A model generated the notes under the pieces. The model was not told the DNA's origin. It did not search any database and saw only the letters and a list, made by a program, of their open reading frames with translations. A DNA stretch of 64,000 nt, from positions 1,600,001-1,664,000 of the forward strand of contig CAXXVS010000002.1 in assembly GCA_963674755.2 (NCBI GenBank), in the 5' to 3' direction. Numbering within the stretch: position 1 is the first letter of the stretch; the number at the start of each line of letters is the position of its first letter. Source of the DNA: Desulfobacterales bacterium (lineage in GTDB: Bacteria > Desulfobacterota > Desulfobacteria > Desulfobacterales > UBA5852). Shown here piece after piece: positions 42,800 through 52,746 of this stretch. The position numbers and the translations under genes are program-made.

Positions 42800-42907
42800 C
42801 TTTCCCCTTCCGGTGTGGTGTCGGTCATAGCGGGTAAGATAGGGCGGCAGGATCAAAAAGGAAAATTAATTGTTTTAATGATGCATTAGCCATGCTAATT
42901 TTTACAC

Positions 42908-43798
42908 ATGTTCGATTACAAACTCATCGAAGCCTTGGCCCTGGTGACCCGGGAAGGCGGTTTCGACAAGGCGGCCCGGGCCTTGCACATCACCCAGTCC
43001 GCGGTTTCCCAGCGTGTCAAATTGCTGGAGGAAATCACGGGCCAGGTCCTGCTGGCACGTACCACCCCGCCCCGGGCGACCAAGTCCGGCCAGAAACTTC
43101 TCAAGCACTATCTCCAGGTCAAGCGGCTGGAAGACGATTTGTTGGGAAAGATTGGCGGGTCTGCCAGCGAGGGATTTACGTCCATCGCGGTAGGGATCAA
43201 CGCCGACAGTCTGGCGCTGTGGCTTCTGGAGGCGATCCACCCCTTTTTGCAAGCGGAAAGGGTGCTGCTGGACATCCGGGTGAACGACCAGGAGCAAACC
43301 CATCGCCTGCTGAAGGATGGCGAGGTGATGGGGTGCATCAGCACCCAGAAGCTGGCCATGCAGGGCTGCCGGATCGACTATCTCGGATGCATGACCTACC
43401 GGATGATGGCGTCAGCGGAATTCACTGCCAAGTGGTTCCCGGATGGGCTTACACCCGAGGCGGTGCGCCTTGCCCCGGCTGTCATTTTCGATCGGCACGA
43501 TGAGCTGCATCACAAACTCCTCCGCCGGGCCCTTAGGGAAGCGCCCGGCGCCGTTCCGACCCACTACGTGCCCTCCGTCGAAAGATTCGCGGATTTCGTG
43601 GCGTTGGGCCTGGCCTACGGCATGCTGCCGGATCAGCAAAGCGCGCCCCTGGCGGCCGCCGGCCAATTGGTCGATCTTTCACCAGACCATCCGATTTCCG
43701 CAAAGCTCTATTGGCACTGCTGGAATTTAAAATCAGAGCTATTGGAAAAACTCACGACGCATCTGATTCGCAAGGCGGAGACATTGCTGCCAAAATAG
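42908..43798 (+). CDS. argP: LysR regulator ArgP/LysG
   Basis: ITQSAVSQRVKLLEE, INADSLALW, DQEQT and LYWHCW. Confidence 0.92.
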   Translation: MFDYKLIEALALVTREGGFDKAARALHITQSAVSQRVKLLEEITGQVLLARTTPPRATKSGQKLLKHYLQVKRLEDDLLGKIGGSASEGFTSIAVGINADSLALWLLEAIHPFLQAERVLLDIRVNDQEQTHRLLKDGEVMGCISTQKLAMQGCRIDYLGCMTYRMMASAEFTAKWFPDGLTPEAVRLAPAVIFDRHDELHHKLLRRALREAPGAVPTHYVPSVERFADFVALGLAYGMLPDQQSAPLAAAGQLVDLSPDHPISAKLYWHCWNLKSELLEKLTTHLIRKAETLLPK

Positions 43799-43850
43799 TC
43801 AATGGAGGGCGATCGCTAATTCGTTTGATTGGGCGTTAGGTTCAATCTTG

Positions 43851-44090
43851 CTATTCAAAAAAACTGCTGTATTCCAACCCCGGTCCAACACATTTCCAAC
43901 CATCATCGATCAATGAAAGCCCTGTCGATCTGAAACTGACGTCAGTCAGACGATTCACGATCGTAACATTCCCCTTCCGATCCAATTGGAAGGCAATCGC
44001 TTTGCCACTCTTGTGCAAGAGGACATAGTCATAGGCCCCTTTTTGAAAAAGTCTTTGTAAGCCCGCATTTTTAAAATCATCCCGGGTCAT
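43851..44090 (-). CDS. small hypothetical protein
   Basis: 79-aa ORF of lower GC, starting about 27 bp from the left end of the element. Confidence 0.5.
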   Translation of the reverse strand: MTRDDFKNAGLQRLFQKGAYDYVLLHKSGKAIAFQLDRKGNVTIVNRLTDVSFRSTGLSLIDDGWKCVGPGLEYSSFFE

Positions 44091-44116
44091 CGTTAGATCG
44101 CACTTTCATGTAATGT

Positions 44117-45185
44117 GGGGACGTTGTTGACAAGCTACACTAACTCGTCCGGTGGAGGATTTGAGAAATACCCGAGGTGGTGACACCCAATCGTCGGGCG
44201 GCCTCGGCACGCGTCAAGCCCAGTTGGTAAACCAATTGGGGTGCCAGATCCCGCCGCAGCTTTGGCAGCACGCCGATACGGCTTCCCGAACGAAGCGTTT
44301 CAATGCCAATGCCGGCTTTTGTGCAGGTCTCCTGGATAAGTTCGTCCGCTTGGGCGCTTGCTTGATTGAACGGCAACTGCCGCGCAGCGTGGACCGTCGC
44401 CTGGGTCACCAGTTCCTGGACAAAGCCGCTGCTGCCCAGGATGCGCTCATCCCCTTTCACCTTATCGCCCCTGCGCCGCAGGCTCTTGACCTCCGACCAG
44501 CCGCCCTGTGATCGCACAAGCCCTCCGCCGACAAGCTCCGGGCGCTGGCCCTGATCCTTCCCGCTGGCCACGAAACGGCGATAGGCCACACGGGCACGCT
44601 TTTCAGTCCGGCCGAACCACCGCAGCACCTCGTCGATCGCCTGCCACGGTCTTTGCCTTTTGCCCAGCACGGCGGCATGCCCGCACCAGGGATAGCGCTC
44701 CAGCGCGGCCAGATCCGCCACCGCTCCGGCCCGAAGCGGGTTAAGGTGGATGTAGCGCACCAGCTCTTTGAAATAGGGATCTTCTTCACACACGATGGAT
44801 TTGTAGCGGTTCTGGAATAAATGCCCGTGACGCCGGTGGCGCCGGTTGTAGCACACGGCATGCCCAGTCAAAAGCCGTCGCATGAACCCGGCAAGCCCGG
44901 CCGGACCACTTTTGACCAGCAGATGGGCATGGTTATTCATCAAGGCCCAGGCGCAGACCGCGGTGCGGGTTTCCGAAGCCAGATCGCCAAGGCGATCCAC
45001 GAATCGTTCCCGATCCTGATCGTCATCCACGATGCGACGTCTTTCGATACCGCGGACAATAACATGATGAAGGGTTCCGGGGGCGTCAAGGCGTGGTCCT
45101 CGGGGCATGGTTGACTCCTGATAGGCTAAAATAAGGCAACAGCTCGATGCTAAACTATTTTGTGCACTTTGTCAACAACGTCCCC
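44117..45185 (-). mobile_element. 1069-bp element with HUH/Y1 transposase and 17-bp TIRs
   Basis: GGGGACGTTGTTGACAA (44117-44133) and TTGTCAACAACGTCCCC (45169-45185); no obvious target duplication. Confidence 0.85.
44140..45108 (-). CDS. Y1 HUH (RAYT-like) transposase with C-terminal HTH
   Basis: HHVIVRG, NNHAHLL (HUH), GHLFQNRYKS, RYIHLNP (catalytic Tyr) and terminal HTH AEAARRLGVTTSGISQ. Confidence 0.9.
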   Translation of the reverse strand: MPRGPRLDAPGTLHHVIVRGIERRRIVDDDQDRERFVDRLGDLASETRTAVCAWALMNNHAHLLVKSGPAGLAGFMRRLLTGHAVCYNRRHRRHGHLFQNRYKSIVCEEDPYFKELVRYIHLNPLRAGAVADLAALERYPWCGHAAVLGKRQRPWQAIDEVLRWFGRTEKRARVAYRRFVASGKDQGQRPELVGGGLVRSQGGWSEVKSLRRRGDKVKGDERILGSSGFVQELVTQATVHAARQLPFNQASAQADELIQETCTKAGIGIETLRSGSRIGVLPKLRRDLAPQLVYQLGLTRAEAARRLGVTTSGISQILHRTS

Positions 45186-45502
45186 TATTTACCTTATCGC
45201 AATCTCGGGTTGTATCTGATTTCAGACTTGCGTTATGGTGGCCTCCAACAAAGTATGGATGACATGGTCCGCCCTGCTTTAGCCATGCCGCAAGTTGAAA
45301 TTTCAGCCTCATCATCATTGGCGCGCCACCTGACGCGCCCTGGCCCGTTTCGCGACCATCGTCAGGTGGATGACCGGTGCGCATCGACCACGTGCCGGGC
45401 CTGCCGGAATCGGATGGTGCCGGGGGGAACACGGCTGCCTGAGGTGAGCGAATCAGGCGTTTACATCTACTGCGACGACGACTGGCACCCGAGGTTGGCA
45501 TC

Positions 45503-46867
45503 ATGACCGTTGGCGGGCGACTCCTTAAATTCCATCCGGCAACCCTCGTTCTCACCAGCTTTGTGCTGGTGATCGCCATCGGAACACTCTTGTTGAAATT
45601 GCCGGTTGCGACCCATACCGGCCATATCTCATGGAGTGATGCCCTGTTTACATCCACTTCGGGCGTTTGTGTGACGGGTTTGGCCGTGGTGGACACCGGG
45701 AGCACCTTCACCCTCTTCGGCCAGTGCGTCCTCCTGGCCTTGATCCAGATCGGGGGGCTGGGGCTCATGACCATTTCGGTGACCCTCTTCACGTGGGTGG
45801 GCCGCAGCATTTCCATCCGGCACCGGATGGTCATGCAGGACCTCTTCGCGCACACGCCCCGTGCGGATATCTACAGCCTCGTCAAAAGTATCGTGCTGTT
45901 TACAGCCACAGCGGAGATCGCCGGCGGCTTGGTGCTGACCCTGTTCTGGCACCGTGAAATGCCCTGGGGGCAGGCCGCCTACAACGGAATTTTCCATTCG
46001 GTTTCGGCCTTCTGCAATGCCGGTTTCGCCCTCTTTCCGGACAGCATGATGCGCTACAGCGGGGATCTGCTGCTCAACATCACCATGTGCAGCCTGATCG
46101 TGATCGGCGGGATCGGCTTCCCGGTGCTCTACGACCTGCAGTGCTGGGTCAAATTCCGCAAGCGACAGCGCTGCCGCCTGTCGGTCCAGACGAAAACCGT
46201 CCTGCTGACGACCGCCATCCTCATCGTGGGCGGCGCGGTCTTGTTTTCCCTGCTCGAGCAATTCCCGGCCGGCGACGGGTCCTCCCTCGGCCATCGCCTG
46301 ATGGTACCGCTGTTCCAATCCGTCACCTGCCGGACGGCCGGCTTCAACACGGTCGATATCGCCGGATTGAAAGACGCCACCCTGGCCATGATGATCTTCC
46401 TCATGTTCGTGGGCGCTTCGCCCGGCTCGTGCGGCGGCGGGGTCAAGACCACCACGTTGGCGCTTCTGGCGGCCTTTACCGCCAGCCGTTGGCGCCGTCG
46501 GCGGCGGGTGGATCTGTTCAAGAAAAGCATCCCCCAGGAAACCGTCATCCGCAGCGTGGCCCTCGTTCTGGTCACGATCGGCATTATCGCGCTGGTCTTG
46601 TTCCTGTTGCTGGCCGGGAATGCGGAGCTGCCGTCCCACCAAGCCCGAGGGGTTTTTCTGCCCTTGTTGTTTGAAACCGTGTCCGCTTTCGGGACCGTGG
46701 GGCTGTCCATGGGGGTCACCCCGCAACTGGGCCTTTGGGGCAAGTGCTGGATCATGGCGGTGATGCTGATCGGCCGCGTGGGGGTGCTGACGTTCGCCTA
46801 TATTTTCGTCGGCGCCGGCATGGTCGACGGCATCGAGCACGCCGAAGAAAACCTGATGATCGGATAG
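45503..46867 (+). CDS. ktrB: Ktr/Trk K+ uptake membrane subunit
   Basis: Four pore loops CVTGL, FCNAGF, RTAGF and FGTVGL; GGGVKTTT. Confidence 0.9.
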   Translation: MTVGGRLLKFHPATLVLTSFVLVIAIGTLLLKLPVATHTGHISWSDALFTSTSGVCVTGLAVVDTGSTFTLFGQCVLLALIQIGGLGLMTISVTLFTWVGRSISIRHRMVMQDLFAHTPRADIYSLVKSIVLFTATAEIAGGLVLTLFWHREMPWGQAAYNGIFHSVSAFCNAGFALFPDSMMRYSGDLLLNITMCSLIVIGGIGFPVLYDLQCWVKFRKRQRCRLSVQTKTVLLTTAILIVGGAVLFSLLEQFPAGDGSSLGHRLMVPLFQSVTCRTAGFNTVDIAGLKDATLAMMIFLMFVGASPGSCGGGVKTTTLALLAAFTASRWRRRRRVDLFKKSIPQETVIRSVALVLVTIGIIALVLFLLLAGNAELPSHQARGVFLPLLFETVSAFGTVGLSMGVTPQLGLWGKCWIMAVMLIGRVGVLTFAYIFVGAGMVDGIEHAEENLMIG

Positions 46868-46880
46868 AAGGAGCTCCACC

Positions 46881-47537
46881 ATGAAGCGATTTGCAGTGAT
46901 CGGACTTGGCAAATTCGGGTTCCATGCCGCCAAGGCCTTGTATGAGGAAGACAATGAAGTGCTGGCGATCGACAACGACAAGGGACGGGTGCAGGCGATC
47001 GATCCCCACTGTTCGGAGGCCATCGTTCTCAATGCGACGGACAAGGAATCACTGAAGGCTCTGGGGCTGGAAAATTTGGACGGGGTGATTGTTTCCACCG
47101 GCACGAACATCGGTATCAGTGTCTTGATCTGTCTGTATCTGCAGGAGATCGGCGTCCGTAAGATTCTTGCCAAGGCCCTGGACGAAGATCACGCCAAGAT
47201 CTTGAAACGCGTCGGCGCCAGCGAGATCATTCACCCGGAGCGCGACATGGCGGTGCGAATCTCTCGCGGCCTGTCGCGGCCCAATGTCCTGGATTTCATC
47301 CCCCTGGCCGACGAGTACGATTTGATCCAGGTCGGCCCGCCGAGTGAATTTACCGGAAAAAGTCTGAAGGACCTCAATTTGAGGGCCAAGTACAATGTCC
47401 ACGTCATTGCCATAAAAGAACTCGTTCCCGAGAATTTCGTTTTGATACCGCCGGCCAGCTTTGTCATAAAGGACAGCGATATTCTGGTCATGCTCGGCAA
47501 ATCAGAGGATATCAAACGGATAAAAGCGTTGAAATAA
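46881..47537 (+). CDS. ktrA: Ktr/Trk regulatory RCK subunit
   Basis: VIGLGKFG, IHPERD and RCK-C domain; 218 aa. Confidence 0.9.
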   Translation: MKRFAVIGLGKFGFHAAKALYEEDNEVLAIDNDKGRVQAIDPHCSEAIVLNATDKESLKALGLENLDGVIVSTGTNIGISVLICLYLQEIGVRKILAKALDEDHAKILKRVGASEIIHPERDMAVRISRGLSRPNVLDFIPLADEYDLIQVGPPSEFTGKSLKDLNLRAKYNVHVIAIKELVPENFVLIPPASFVIKDSDILVMLGKSEDIKRIKALK

Positions 47538-47564
47538 ATCGATACGATTTCTCATCGTGTTGAA

Positions 47565-47780
47565 TCCGAAGCCAGATTGCCAAAGCGATCCAGGAATCGT
47601 TCCCGATCCTGATCGTCATCCACGATGCGACGTCTTTCGATACCGCGGACAATAACGTGATGAAGGGTTCCGGGGGGGGTCCAGGCGAGGTCCTCGGGAC
47701 ATTGTTGACTCCTGATAGGCTAAAAATATGGCAACAACTCAACGCCAAATGTTTTTGTGCACTTTGTCAACAACGTCCCC
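47565..47780 (-). pseudogene. transposase 5' fragment plus right TIR (F2)
   Basis: Near-identical to 44972-45185 with a +1 frameshift in a G run; ends in TTGTCAACAACGTCCCC. Confidence 0.88.
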
Positions 47781-47926
47781 ATCTATCCCCAAGCGGCGAT
47801 GATGACCCATTGTTTTGTCGGCATTTCATATCCTCCATGTAGTGTTGTCAGAATCCTTGCCTGCCAATGGGTATCGGAACGGGTAGAAAAGGTTCAGAAG
47901 GCGTCGAGATCGTCTTCACTTAAAGT

Positions 47927-48183
47927 GGGGACGTTGTTGACAAGCTACACTAACTCGTCCGGTGGAGGATTTGAGAAATGCCCGAGGTGGTGACGCCCAA
48001 TCGGCGGGCGGCCTCGGCACGCGTCAGGCCCAGTTGGTAAACCAAACGGGGTGCCAATTCCCGCCGCAGCTTTGGCAGCAAACCGATACGGCTTCCCGAA
48101 CGAAGCGCTTCAATGCTAATGCCGGCTTTAGTGCAGGTCTCCTGGATAAGTTCGTCCGCTTTGGTGCTTGCTTGATTGAACGG
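47927..48183 (-). pseudogene. left TIR plus transposase 3' fragment (F3)
   Basis: Near-identical to 44117-44373. Confidence 0.9.
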
Positions 48184-48205
48184 TTAATTTCTCCCTTTTA
48201 CAGAA

Positions 48206-48994
48206 TCAAAGCCCGGCCGTGGAGCCGAAGTCGATGTTCAGGCAGGCGCCTGTAATCGGAGCCGCCTGGTTCGTGGTCAGGTAGAAAATCAGCCCCGCGA
48301 CTTCGTCCGGTTCGATAAAACGCGCCTTCTCGCCCTGTGGATAGCGTTCCAGAAGCGCCCTCAAATAGCCTTCCGGGTCGCCGTTTCCGTAGGTATCCGC
48401 CTGGTATTGCAGCATGGGACTCATGATGTCGCCGGGACAAACCGCATTGACGTTGATCATGTCCGGGGCCAGTTCGATGGACAGGGCCTTGGTCATGAGA
48501 GAGACGCCCCCTTTGCTGGCGCAATAAATAGCCGCGCCGACATCGCCCAGCACCCCTGCGTCCGAACTGAGATTCACGATGCTCCCCCGGGTCTTCCTCA
48601 GCTCGGGAATGGCACGGGAACACATGAAATATGCCCCCTTGAGGTTGACATCGATACACCAGTCCCATTCCTCTTCGGTGCTCTTTTCGCTGGCACCTTC
48701 CACCCATACACCGGCCGCGTTGATCAGGATGTCCAGACCTCCGAAGACGCTCACGGTTTCGCGGATGGTCGCTTCGCAATCACCGACCTTGGTGATGTCG
48801 CAGATGCAGGTATATAATCTCTCCCCCAGGGGCGCCAAATCGGAAACGACCTGGGCCAGGCGATCCCCGTTGATGTCGGCCAGCACGACCCCGGCCCCTT
48901 CGATCAGGTAGCGGCGGGCGGTGGCCACGGCCACGCCACCACATCCGCCGGTAATCAGCACGACCTTTTCCTGCCAGTGATCTTTTTCAATCAT
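48206..48994 (-). CDS. SDR oxidoreductase
   Basis: TGGCGG, INAAG, YCASK and NAVCPG. Confidence 0.9.
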   Translation of the reverse strand: MIEKDHWQEKVVLITGGCGGVAVATARRYLIEGAGVVLADINGDRLAQVVSDLAPLGERLYTCICDITKVGDCEATIRETVSVFGGLDILINAAGVWVEGASEKSTEEEWDWCIDVNLKGAYFMCSRAIPELRKTRGSIVNLSSDAGVLGDVGAAIYCASKGGVSLMTKALSIELAPDMINVNAVCPGDIMSPMLQYQADTYGNGDPEGYLRALLERYPQGEKARFIEPDEVAGLIFYLTTNQAAPITGACLNIDFGSTAGL

Positions 48995-49017
48995 GACAAC
49001 TCCCACCGGTCTCCCGC

Positions 49018-49812
49018 TTAATAGTAAAGTTCACGCGGGCCCTTGTATTCCTGAATGGAATTGCCCCCGTCGATGACGATCATTTGTCCCGTAATGTAGG
49101 TGGATTCGTCTGAAGCGAGAAAACCGATCAGGTCGGCAACCTCCATCGGTGTGCCGCCACGCTTCATGGGGGTGTTTATCGCCGCGGCCTTCTCCTCTTC
49201 GGTAGCGGCGTCCGTTGCGATCCAGCCCGGGGCCACGTTGTTGACCGTGATGCCGAACTCCGCCACTTCGAGGGCCAGACTGCGGCTCATGCCGACCATG
49301 GCGGCTTTGGCGGCGCTGTAGGCGGCCTCCCCGGGGTTGCTCACCAGCGGGCCGGTGACCGATGCGACATTGACGATACGTCCGAACCGGTTGGTGATCA
49401 TGATGGGCAAAACAGCCCTGGTTATGTTGAAGCAGGTGTTAAGGTTGCGGTCGATCGACTTGTCCCATTCCTGCCAGCTCAGGCTGGCCATGCGGGTGAA
49501 GGTCTCCGGTTCACCCACTTGTCCCATACCGGCATTGTTCACCAGGATGTCCACGCGGCCCAGATCGTCGAGGGCGCTCTCCGCCAGAGCTTTGACCTGA
49601 TGACGGTCCGTGAGGTCGGCCACATAGGCGTATGCGCGGATGCCGGTCTCCTTGAGGGCCCGGGCGCGGTCAAAGATGCGATCGGTGGTTGAGGTGATGG
49701 CAACGGCTGCTCCTGAAGCCCCCAGCAACCTGGCCGTAGCGAACCCGATCCCATTCGGGTTGCCGCAACCGGTGATCAGGGCCGAGCGGTTATCGAATCG
49801 CTTTTTGTCCAT
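49018..49812 (-). CDS. SDR oxidoreductase (FabG-like)
   Basis: TGCGNPNGIG, VNNAG, YSAAK and ITGQMIVIDGG. Confidence 0.9.
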   Translation of the reverse strand: MDKKRFDNRSALITGCGNPNGIGFATARLLGASGAAVAITSTTDRIFDRARALKETGIRAYAYVADLTDRHQVKALAESALDDLGRVDILVNNAGMGQVGEPETFTRMASLSWQEWDKSIDRNLNTCFNITRAVLPIMITNRFGRIVNVASVTGPLVSNPGEAAYSAAKAAMVGMSRSLALEVAEFGITVNNVAPGWIATDAATEEEKAAAINTPMKRGGTPMEVADLIGFLASDESTYITGQMIVIDGGNSIQEYKGPRELYY

Positions 49813-49826
49813 GACACTCCCTTAAA

Positions 49827-50055
49827 TAGTGCCCATCCAGAGGTGGTAGATTTTGGTTCCGGCCAAGGCCGTAGCGATTTGGAAACCGACGGCATAGCCG
49901 TATGAGCGGCAGCGGCGCGTAGCCCGGCTACGTCGAGGATTTCCAAAGAGCGAGAACGCCGGCTTGTCCGCTAAAGGTGTTATTATCCCTATTCGGGGGC
50001 TCGGCTCACCGGCGGCGGGCCAGGGCCGAAAGATGCCATTTATGGACGGGCACTA
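49827..50055. repeat. MITE-like element, copy 2
   Basis: TAGTGCCCATCCA/TGGACGGGCACTA ends; shares internal blocks with 13525-13782. Confidence 0.75.
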
Positions 50056-50060
50056 AATAT

Positions 50061-51446
50061 CTAATCGTTGGCCAGTGCGGCCATCTCTTCCATAAGCGCA
50101 TCCCAATGCATCAATAGGATGTCAATGTCCTCATCCGTAGCCATGGGCGGCACCAGCATCATGTTGTGGAAAGGCGTTATCAGCAGGCCCCGGTTGGCGA
50201 GAAAGAGATGGGTGTAGTAGATCAGATCCCAGTGGAAGTTCGCCTTGGCTTCCCCGCCATTGACGGGGGACGTCGGCATGAACTGAAGCTCGGCGCGGGC
50301 GCCGCAGCGGGTGACACTCCATGGCAGACGGTATTTGTCGATGGAGGCCTCCAGTCCGTCCGCCATCCGGTTGGCCGCTGCGATCATGCGGTCAAATGCC
50401 GGCGGGGTCGCCACCTCCTCCAAGGTTCGTCGCATGGCGTGAACGGCAAAGGCGTTGCCGGACAGCGTTCCGCCGATCCCCATCGGGTCGGCGACCCCCT
50501 TGTGGCCGAAGGAGGCGTTGATGCGCTCTTTGATGTCCTCCGTAAACCCATATGCGGCAACCGGAATCCCGCCGGCAATGCACTTGCCCAAGGTCACAAA
50601 ATCCGGTTTAAGGCCGAATGCCCTGGTATACCCTCCCCAACCGGTGGAAAAGGTGTGGGTCTCATCGATGACCAGCAACGTGCCGTATTGGTCGCACAGT
50701 TCGCGCAACCGGTCGTGATAGCCCGGAGCGGGCAGGACCATACCGCAGTTCGTCATGACCGGTTCGGCCACGACGCAGGCCACATCTTCATATTGCAATT
50801 CGCGCTCCAGGGCCGCAAGGTCATTGAACTCTACCATTCTTGTCAGCGCGTCTTTAGGGACGGCCGGATTGATGTCGTACTCGGAGCGGAGGGTGAGAGA
50901 ACCGTCGCCGGCAATGTGCGGCAGGGTTTCTTCCACACTGCCGTGATAACATTCGTTGAACGCCAGCGTCTTCGGCCGGCCGGTGAGCACCCGCGCAATT
51001 CGGATGACATAGCGGTTGGCCTCGGTGGCTGTCATGGCCACCTGCCAGTAGGGAACGCCGAAGCGCGCCGCCAGATCGCGGCCGACAGCCAAAGCATCCT
51101 CACTTGGGAGCATGGTCGTGATACCCCGGCGGACCTGTTCGGTTACCGCCTGAACGGTAGGCTCCGGTGAATGGCCGAACATGGCGCCCGTGTCACCCAG
51201 ACAAAAATCAATATATTCGTTGCCGTCCACGTCGATCACGCGGTTTCCGGAAGCCCGTTCGACGAATAGGGGGTAGCGCGTTCCCCAGTCGCCCATCCAC
51301 GGCATGGGAACCCCGTTGAGCAGCATCGTTTGCGCTTCTTTAAACAGCCGACCGGAGTTGGGGGTCCGGGATTCGTAGACGGCAGTCTCGCGATCGTTCA
51401 ACGCTGCCAGTGATTGACCGGTGATGACCCTGTAGGAACTGCGCAT
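50061..51446 (-). CDS. class III aminotransferase (GSA-like)
   Basis: DVDGNEYIDFCLGD, IDETHT, LGKCIAGG and GGTLSGN; GGAGG RBS. Confidence 0.88.
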   Translation of the reverse strand: MRSSYRVITGQSLAALNDRETAVYESRTPNSGRLFKEAQTMLLNGVPMPWMGDWGTRYPLFVERASGNRVIDVDGNEYIDFCLGDTGAMFGHSPEPTVQAVTEQVRRGITTMLPSEDALAVGRDLAARFGVPYWQVAMTATEANRYVIRIARVLTGRPKTLAFNECYHGSVEETLPHIAGDGSLTLRSEYDINPAVPKDALTRMVEFNDLAALERELQYEDVACVVAEPVMTNCGMVLPAPGYHDRLRELCDQYGTLLVIDETHTFSTGWGGYTRAFGLKPDFVTLGKCIAGGIPVAAYGFTEDIKERINASFGHKGVADPMGIGGTLSGNAFAVHAMRRTLEEVATPPAFDRMIAAANRMADGLEASIDKYRLPWSVTRCGARAELQFMPTSPVNGGEAKANFHWDLIYYTHLFLANRGLLITPFHNMMLVPPMATDEDIDILLMHWDALMEEMAALAND

Positions 51447-51492
51447 GTCGATGCCTCCGATAGACATGGTTATGGATGATGACCCTATTTGG

Positions 51493-51535
51493 CTGAACGC
51501 ACGTTCAGTATAAACTTGGCTATACGTGCGTTCAG
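51493..51535. promoter_or_regulatory. two TetR-type operators
   Basis: CTGAACG-CA-CGTTCAG and a degenerate CTATACGTGCGTTCAG between the divergent genes. Confidence 0.65.
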
Positions 51536-51612
51536 TGATATTGTCAAGTTCCGGCGACCGAATCAAACGCACGGTGGCGACGGTATTATGTTTGATCCAC
51601 TAATCCAGGAAA

Positions 51613-52251
51613 ATGGCCATGGCCGCTGATGACCTCAAACCCAATCTGACAAGAGCGGAACAGAAGAAAGAAACCCGGGGAAAACTGATTGAAGCGACCC
51701 TGGATATCATCGCCGAGGGGGGACTGGCCGAGGTGACCCTGCCGAAAGTGGCCAAACGTGCCGGTTTGTCACGCGGCATCTCCAACTTTCACTTTGTTTC
51801 AAAGGACAATCTCCTGCTTGAAACGCTTAAAACGGTTCATTCTGAGTTGGACCGCGTGTGGCGCCACCATCTCATCGAATCGGATCTTCCTCCCGCCGAC
51901 CAGTTGAAGGGCTTTCTTAACGTTGTTTTCAAACCTCCCGTCGCTGACTTGAAAAAGATCTCGGTCTGGCTCGCCTACTGGGGGGAAACCGCTTATCGCA
52001 AGCGGTATCTGGAATCGTTCACCGCCAAAGACCGGGAATACGAAGAGGCCATCGAGGGGCTGATGGCCAGGCTGGCGGGCACCAAGACGACTGTGGGCGG
52101 TATGCCGATCCGCGCCATTGCCGTGGCGCTTACGGCGATAATAGATGGCTGCTGGCTGCAATTCCTCATTGCGCCGGGGCGGCTTGGCGCCGATGAAGCG
52201 ATGAACGCCTGCTGCTCTTATCTGTCACGATTTTTCCAGGAATTCAGGTGA
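51613..52251 (+). CDS. TetR family regulator (BetI-like)
   Basis: LIEATLDII...VAKRAGLSRGISNFHF and WLAYW. Confidence 0.88.
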   Translation: MAMAADDLKPNLTRAEQKKETRGKLIEATLDIIAEGGLAEVTLPKVAKRAGLSRGISNFHFVSKDNLLLETLKTVHSELDRVWRHHLIESDLPPADQLKGFLNVVFKPPVADLKKISVWLAYWGETAYRKRYLESFTAKDREYEEAIEGLMARLAGTKTTVGGMPIRAIAVALTAIIDGCWLQFLIAPGRLGADEAMNACCSYLSRFFQEFR

Positions 52252-52314
52252 TACGAACCCATATGGCAGTTGGTTAGAAAAGCATAAAAACATCGAATGT
52301 CCCTACACTACTCC

Positions 52315-52440
52315 CATGATGAAGGGTTCCAGGGGCGTCAAGGCGTGGGCCTCGGGGCATGGTTGGCTCCTGATGATAGGCCAATTTATTGAATTGGCTC
52401 TACGCAATGCAGGTTTGTGCACTTTGTCAACAACGTCCCC
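52315..52440 (-). pseudogene. transposase 5' stub plus right TIR (F4)
   Basis: Encodes MPRGPRLDAPGTLHH; ends in TTGTCAACAACGTCCCC. Confidence 0.85.
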
Positions 52441-52746
52441 ATCTTTCCGCCCGTTTTCGATAATACAGTATATTAATGCATTCATAGCTAAGCATGTTAT
52501 AGAATTTTTAAGTAGGTGTTTAAACCTATCCTTTTGCAAAGTTTATAAGTTTAGGGCGTTTCCTTGTTATCATTAATTGGATTCATTTGGAAAAATTTGT
52601 CTGTTAAGTGTTGGGATCTGACACCGTTCCTTTTTACACAATTAAGTTAATAAGTTCAGGGCGTCCCCTTGATGTCCCCGGCAGGGACTTACACCCTGCA
52701 AGATGCGCCGAGCTTTGCTCGGCGCGATAACGACGCTAAGCCCCTG

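Noticed and set aside
45390..45500. c-di-AMP (ydaO) riboswitch upstream of ktrB
   Set aside because: GAATC and GGGGGAAC resemble the 5' half, but the conserved 3' CCCGTCAGCTAAC block is absent.
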